A DNA stretch of 64,000 nt from an uncultured archaeon (GTDB taxonomy: Archaea > Asgardarchaeota > Lokiarchaeia > Sigyniarchaeales > SOKP01). The notes beneath the pieces are model-generated. The model ran no database searches. It was not told the origin of the DNA and saw only the letters and a list, made by a program, of their open reading frames with translations. The stretch spans positions 1 through 64,000 of the forward strand of contig CAZWEM010000014.1 of the NCBI GenBank assembly GCA_964632315.1, written 5' to 3'. Both the position numbers and the translations under genes were made by a program. This document shows positions 59,245-64,000 of this stretch, in pieces; within the stretch, counting starts at the first letter, position 1, and every line of letters starts with the position of its first letter.

Positions 59245-60063
59245 TTGAAAATGGGTGAACAAGAAGAGAAATTACTGCTAGAGAGGAAGGGAAAGGTTGC
59301 ATATATCACCATCAACAACCCAAAAAAGAAAAATGCGATTGAAGTGCCAATGATTTATAAGTTCTTAGAGTTTTTGGATGAAGTGGATGTAGATCCTAAA
59401 GTGCGATGTCTGGTCATTCGAAGCACGGGTGATGACGTGTTTTGCGCAGGATGGGACTTGGTAATGTTCGAATCCGTTGACCAAAAAAATATCGATATAT
59501 TGCTAAACGATGGTGCACGCATCTCTAAAAAAATTCATTTTCTCACGAAACCCGTGATTATGCAAATTCAAGGAGCTGCAGTTGGTACAGGCACCATCAT
59601 TTCACTGCTCGCAGATGTGAGGATTGTAGCAAACAAAAAAAATATCTTCTTTCAACTCCCCGAGTTGATCATGGGTCCGGGAATTTTTCCTGCAACGGGT
59701 CCAACGGTTGGAGCGGTAAAGCTTCTAGGTAATGCCAGAGCAAAAGATATGCTTTTCACGGGGAGGAGAGTAAGCTTAGAAGAATTCAACTCTTGGGGCA
59801 TAATTAATCAGATAATTGACCCTCCCGAAGATCTGCCCAATGCAGTCAAGAGTTATGCTAAAGAACTCTCACGAAAATCTCTTGAAATATTAGCTCTTAC
59901 CAAAAACGCCATAAATACTATGTCCACACGATTGGCTAATGAGTTTTATAACCTCGAAAATGATTATGCGGAGTACTATTTTGCTGGGCTGAAAGGAGAG
60001 TCCAGAATGGGATTGGATGAATTTCTGGAAAAAATGACCAAAAAATATACCATGCTGAAATGA
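59245..60063 (+). CDS. Enoyl-CoA hydratase/isomerase family protein
   Basis: NNPKKKNAI, FCAGWDL, KPVI...GAAVG, LPE, FTGRR. Confidence 0.9.
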   Translation: MKMGEQEEKLLLERKGKVAYITINNPKKKNAIEVPMIYKFLEFLDEVDVDPKVRCLVIRSTGDDVFCAGWDLVMFESVDQKNIDILLNDGARISKKIHFLTKPVIMQIQGAAVGTGTIISLLADVRIVANKKNIFFQLPELIMGPGIFPATGPTVGAVKLLGNARAKDMLFTGRRVSLEEFNSWGIINQIIDPPEDLPNAVKSYAKELSRKSLEILALTKNAINTMSTRLANEFYNLENDYAEYYFAGLKGESRMGLDEFLEKMTKKYTMLK

Positions 60064-60115
60064 GTCTATGCAAAAGTTATTTTGCCATACTATTTAAAAA
60101 CATAATGGTCAAGAT

Positions 60116-61003
60116 ATGAAAGTCATAAAGAGTTATAGCTTCGGAAAAAACTTAGGATATATTTACGCTTTAAATTTTATCTTAATTATAATCCTTTTAG
60201 TCTTTTTTAATCAGCTTGATAATATTCTTTATATTCCTTTTAAAACTCCCGAAATGTGGTGTGAAGGGCAACCTTGTATTGAAATAGATTTCTTGTCATT
60301 TAAGATACTACTTGTTCAGCCTACCTCCACCCTTTTTGTATACTTACTCGGCTTTATCACCTTACTATTAGGAGTGTATGTTTTAAGAATCAGTAAAGGT
60401 AATAAATTTGTATTTTGGTGGGGAATAGCATTGTTATTATGGGGGATAGGTGCAATATTCGCAGGAACTAGTTATCAAGCATTCAGTTACGTGATCAAAT
60501 GTTTGGGTAGGAGCTTTTGTGTATGGACAAGTCTATTAGAAATTTTATACCTCTTATTATCAGTTGGAAGTGTAAATGCAATGTTACTAGCCCAAGCAAA
60601 TTTAGATGAGAAAAATAAATGGACTAGAATCATTAAAACATACGCAATTATCAATTTTTTAATCTACGAAGTCGTTGTGGTAATCGGAGCAATAATTCCC
60701 ATCCAATTTATGATTTCTTTTGAACTCATGATCCTATTTTTAGCCCCAACCATCCTTTTCTTATTGATTACCAATATACGTAACTATTTCGAGCATAAAA
60801 GGCGTATCAACCTCTCTCTTACAATTATATGGGTATTTCTAATCCTGATAATTGGATTATACTTCTTATACTTCATGCTTGGAATTACAGATGTTCTTTG
60901 GGAACAACAAATTTGGTTTTCCGAGAATGATGTGCTCCATATCGGCTTGATACTGTGGATGAGTTACATATATTTTACTATGAGTAGATACAAACGAAAT
61001 TAG
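60116..61003 (+). CDS. Multi-pass membrane protein (DUF6962-like)
   Basis: 7-8 TM segments; QP before the first core helix; NDVLH near the C-terminus. Confidence 0.7.
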   Translation: MKVIKSYSFGKNLGYIYALNFILIIILLVFFNQLDNILYIPFKTPEMWCEGQPCIEIDFLSFKILLVQPTSTLFVYLLGFITLLLGVYVLRISKGNKFVFWWGIALLLWGIGAIFAGTSYQAFSYVIKCLGRSFCVWTSLLEILYLLLSVGSVNAMLLAQANLDEKNKWTRIIKTYAIINFLIYEVVVVIGAIIPIQFMISFELMILFLAPTILFLLITNIRNYFEHKRRINLSLTIIWVFLILIIGLYFLYFMLGITDVLWEQQIWFSENDVLHIGLILWMSYIYFTMSRYKRN

Positions 61004-61123
61004 ATATTTAAGAACTAAAAAAAAGATAAGATTCGATAACAATCGCAGAACAAAGTTTTACTAATTACTACCTACTACTTATTAACTATTATTTTATTTT
61101 ATTGATTCGTAACAAAAAGAAGC

Positions 61124-61378
61124 TTAATATCGATAATCTCGAACTTGCGCAGGAGCGGCTTCGGTTACTACTACTTTGTCCGCAGCAGGACCTTTCTCAC
61201 CTTGGGTGATCTCAAATTCTACTTTATCGTTTTCATTGAGCGTAGCATATTCGTCAGCCTCCTTAACAATGGCACTGTGATGAACGAATATATCTCCTTC
61301 TTCCTCAGTTGCTATAAATCCATAACCTTTACGGTTATCAAACCATTTAACTGTACCTTCGGTCAATTTTAAAACCAA
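61124..61378 (-). CDS. cspA: Cold-shock domain protein
   Basis: GTVKWFD, KGYGFI (RNP1), IFVHHSAI (RNP2), KGPAA. Confidence 0.92.
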   Translation of the reverse strand: MVLKLTEGTVKWFDNRKGYGFIATEEEGDIFVHHSAIVKEADEYATLNENDKVEFEITQGEKGPAADKVVVTEAAPAQVRDYRY

Positions 61379-61637
61379 TTTTTACATAAATTAAATTTTT
61401 TTATCAGTTCGTGTTGAACTTTTTAAGAAAATGAATCATACTGTAAATACTTTTATATTTTCGTTAAAATTTCAAACCCAGTTTTTATCGTGAAAGGCTT
61501 ATTGCTCAGCTACTTGAATCTATAAAGTTCAAACTAGCTTTTTTTAGTAATGTAATTTTTAAATATTAGATAAATTAATATTGAAATAAAAAAAAAGAGA
61601 TATCTGAGTAAAAGAAGGGAGACAGGAAAATTCATCA

Positions 61638-62459
61638 ATGAGATCTTTTGTGCGTAAACATACTGTTTTAATTTATTTTTTTTTAACATTTGTTATAACT
61701 TGGACCTGTTGGTTCATAGTAATTCTGCTAATTGAGCCTTATACCGCATCTCCCGAGTCAGCGCCTCTAGTACTTCTTATTTTTTTGGAAATCTTAGTAA
61801 AAATTGGAGTTTTCGGACCGGGAATTACTGGCCTCATTCTCACATTAACATTGTATAGAAAAAGCGGTCTTCGAGATTTTGTTAAGCGAATATTCAAATA
61901 TAGGGTTAACCCAATCTATTACCTCTTTGCATTGCTTATACCGATCATAATCTATATGATCCCTATTAGTATTGAACTCATGTTAGGGGAATCCTTTCCA
62001 AACATAATTACGCAATATGGGTTTGTAGGTCTCGTTTTCCATTATTTGAATAGACTGCTACTAGGTAATTATGAAGAAGAGATAGGATGGCGAGGATTTG
62101 CTCAACATCATCTACAGAAGACGCAGAGTCCAATTATGATAAGTCTAATTATTGGCTTGCCTCATGCCATATGGCACATACCGATGTTTCTAATTGAGAG
62201 TGGTTCTATAGATTTGTTAGAGTTCTTGTTATACACTATTAGGCTTATTATTCTGACATTTCTAGCCACTTGGCTCTATAGTAAGACACAAAGTGTTCTT
62301 CTCACTGCTTTACTTCATGTAACCGTAAACGAATGCTCATTCTTTCTTGCTCCGAGCACATTACAAGGCCTTCTTATTCTAATGCTTATAATTGGAATCA
62401 TTGGAATTATATTGATCCTATTCTTCGCGGAGAATAGAGCAAATAGAGAGGATTCGTGA
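61638..62459 (+). CDS. CPBP (type II CAAX/Abi) intramembrane glutamic endopeptidase
   Basis: EEEIGWRG, HAIWHIP, ALLHVTVN. Confidence 0.9.
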   Translation: MRSFVRKHTVLIYFFLTFVITWTCWFIVILLIEPYTASPESAPLVLLIFLEILVKIGVFGPGITGLILTLTLYRKSGLRDFVKRIFKYRVNPIYYLFALLIPIIIYMIPISIELMLGESFPNIITQYGFVGLVFHYLNRLLLGNYEEEIGWRGFAQHHLQKTQSPIMISLIIGLPHAIWHIPMFLIESGSIDLLEFLLYTIRLIILTFLATWLYSKTQSVLLTALLHVTVNECSFFLAPSTLQGLLILMLIIGIIGIILILFFAENRANREDS

Positions 62460-62604
62460 AAAAAACATAAAAGAATGAATCCTATAAGAACCTAAAATAT
62501 TTAGAACCTAAAATATAAGAATAATTTCATAAATAAAAAATTATAACACAATATTATCTAAATTTAATTTATTAAACAAAAGAATTCTCTATTGGTGAGA
62601 TAAA

Positions 62605-63195
62605 ATGTCTGAAGAGTATGATTATCTTTTTAAGTCAATTGTTATAGGAGATGGAGGAGTAGGTAAAACATCTCTTTCTCTGAGATTTTCAAAAGGAATT
62701 TTTACCGAAGATTATAAAATGACCATTGGAGTAGATTTCCATGTGAAAACTATAATTGTAGAAACTTCTGAAGGCGTTATAACGTGCAAATTGCAGCTAT
62801 GGGACACGGGGGGACAAGAACGATTCGGTCATATAAGACCTATGTATTATCAAGGAGCTTTAGGAGCTGTGGTAGTTTATGATATTACAAATTATGCTAG
62901 TTTTGAACATCTTCCTCAATGGATTGAAGAAGTGCGCACAAATATAAATTATGAAATACCTTTATTGTTAGTAGGGAGCAAAAGCGATTTAGCTGGCCAA
63001 AGAGCGGTTTCTATCAGAGAAATTAATGACTTTACAAGAGATTTCAATCTCTTTTATATGGAAACCTCATCAAAGACTGGCGATGGCGTTATGGATTGTT
63101 TTTACATATTAACTTGCCTTATGCTTGGAGCTGGAGTACCTGAAGAGTTAGTAGCAAATAAAACACTCTTCACTCCAGGACAAATCACTTTATAA
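62605..63195 (+). CDS. Rab-like small GTPase (Ras superfamily)
   Basis: YDYLFK, GDGGVGKTS, TIGVDF, KLQLWDTGGQERF, YYQGA, SKSD, ETSSK; GGTGA RBS. Confidence 0.95.
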   Translation: MSEEYDYLFKSIVIGDGGVGKTSLSLRFSKGIFTEDYKMTIGVDFHVKTIIVETSEGVITCKLQLWDTGGQERFGHIRPMYYQGALGAVVVYDITNYASFEHLPQWIEEVRTNINYEIPLLLVGSKSDLAGQRAVSIREINDFTRDFNLFYMETSSKTGDGVMDCFYILTCLMLGAGVPEELVANKTLFTPGQITL

Positions 63196-63313
63196 TTAGG
63201 AAGTGTGCCCGGAGACGAGGTATTTAAAATAGTTTTTCACGCTTAGCAATGTTATACCCCTAATGCAATAAATTCTATTTTAGTGAAAAAACCCCAAGCA
63301 GAATCGATCAGGA

Positions 63314-64000
63314 TTATTTTTTCTGATTGATTATTTCCTTGAGTAATATCTCGGGATGGTGATATCTACCCGTTTTTAATGTTTTTTCTTCAAATTGAAT
63401 CGATTTTTCTGGGCAGAAATTGATACAAGCGAGGCATTGCTGGCATTTATGTTGCCATTGAGGCATTCCCTTTCTCAATACGATGTTTTTGACGGGACAT
63501 ACTTTTTCGCATACACCGCAACCAGTGCAAGTATCATCAACATGGAAGGATTTATCAAGATTATTCACTTCCGCTTGAAACCATTCGTTAACTTTTTCAC
63601 TCCTTCCTACATCTTTCTTAAATACACTACTTTCTAAATTAACTTTACCATTCTTCACAATTTCGGCAAATTTGTCAATTTCTTCTTTAGCTTTTTCGAA
63701 AAAATCTATTTGAACCTTTTCTGGAGTAATATTATATCCAATAATATAATTATTAGGCATGTTAACAAGAAGTCCCGCGTTAAGCCTTTTTCCTTTCGCT
63801 CTTAGAAGCCTTTCTATTTGTTGTAAGGGATATACGTTAAGATCTTCAGCACTAGTTACACACGCAAAAAAGTATTTAGATTTATTCAAATCTAATTCTT
63901 TCAGAAAATCAAGAACAATTTTAGGTAGACCAGAATAATACAGTGGAAAGAAAAAACCAATATTTTCACTGATTGATTCAAAATTTTCCAATCCCTGGTA
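63314..64000 (-). CDS. EFR1-type flavodoxin-fold + 4Fe-4S ferredoxin protein (5' end beyond window)
   Basis: GFFFPLY, MPNNY, CTGCGVCEKVCP, CQQCLACINFCP, RYHHP; the frame is open to the window edge. Confidence 0.88.
   Translation of the reverse strand, partial: YQGLENFESISENIGFFFPLYYSGLPKIVLDFLKELDLNKSKYFFACVTSAEDLNVYPLQQIERLLRAKGKRLNAGLLVNMPNNYIIGYNITPEKVQIDFFEKAKEEIDKFAEIVKNGKVNLESSVFKKDVGRSEKVNEWFQAEVNNLDKSFHVDDTCTGCGVCEKVCPVKNIVLRKGMPQWQHKCQQCLACINFCPEKSIQFEEKTLKTGRYHHPEILLKEIINQKK

Noticed and set aside
2779-63637. Numerous 60-175 aa ORFs antisense to or nested in long genes (e.g. 2779, 3289, 9966, 14886, 27982, 54465, 63395)
   Set aside because: They overlap well-supported genes and lack motifs; expected shadow ORFs
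1-64000. tRNA, rRNA, transposases, integrases, prophage genes
   Set aside because: No long GC-rich structured segment, cloverleaf or mobile-element motif seen by eye; a tRNAscan/Infernal run would be needed to exclude small RNAs formally

Overview
AT-rich archaeal chromosomal segment, most consistent with an Asgard archaeon of the Lokiarchaeia type. This is inferred from a gelsolin-domain protein, a Rab-like small GTPase, GGTGA/GGAG ribosome-binding sites and archaeal-style PurS/PurQ/PurL and IorAB. About 60 mostly housekeeping or metabolic genes are present: an amino-sugar cluster (glmS, a SIS-only paralog, glmM), purine genes (purC, purSQL, a degenerate purF), GH127, iorAB, a K+-independent H+-PPase, glucan phosphorylase, two tandem P3A H+-ATPases, SPFH, two radical SAM enzymes, PadR-Hsp20, an ABC exporter, an orphan adenine MTase, nadE, two CPBP proteases and CspA. 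I saw no rRNA, tRNA, CRISPR array or transposase. The main find is the 118-aa hypothetical ORF at 58173-57817 (-). It stops at tandem TGA-TGA, but the frame stays open for 37 more codons to a TAA. Fourteen nt later lies a eukaryote-type SECIS-like hairpin (AUGA, 9-bp stem, A-rich loop, GA). This makes it a candidate new selenoprotein with a beta-grasp-like fold and possibly adjacent Sec-Sec. Other notable items: a gelsolin + SAP/HeH fusion; three genes that appear to start at ATT/ATA (two absent from the ORF track, one truncated in it); a triple operator-like repeat upstream of PadR; and catalytically altered PurF, ArsC and CaCA exchanger. All family calls are from motif recognition, with no database searches.
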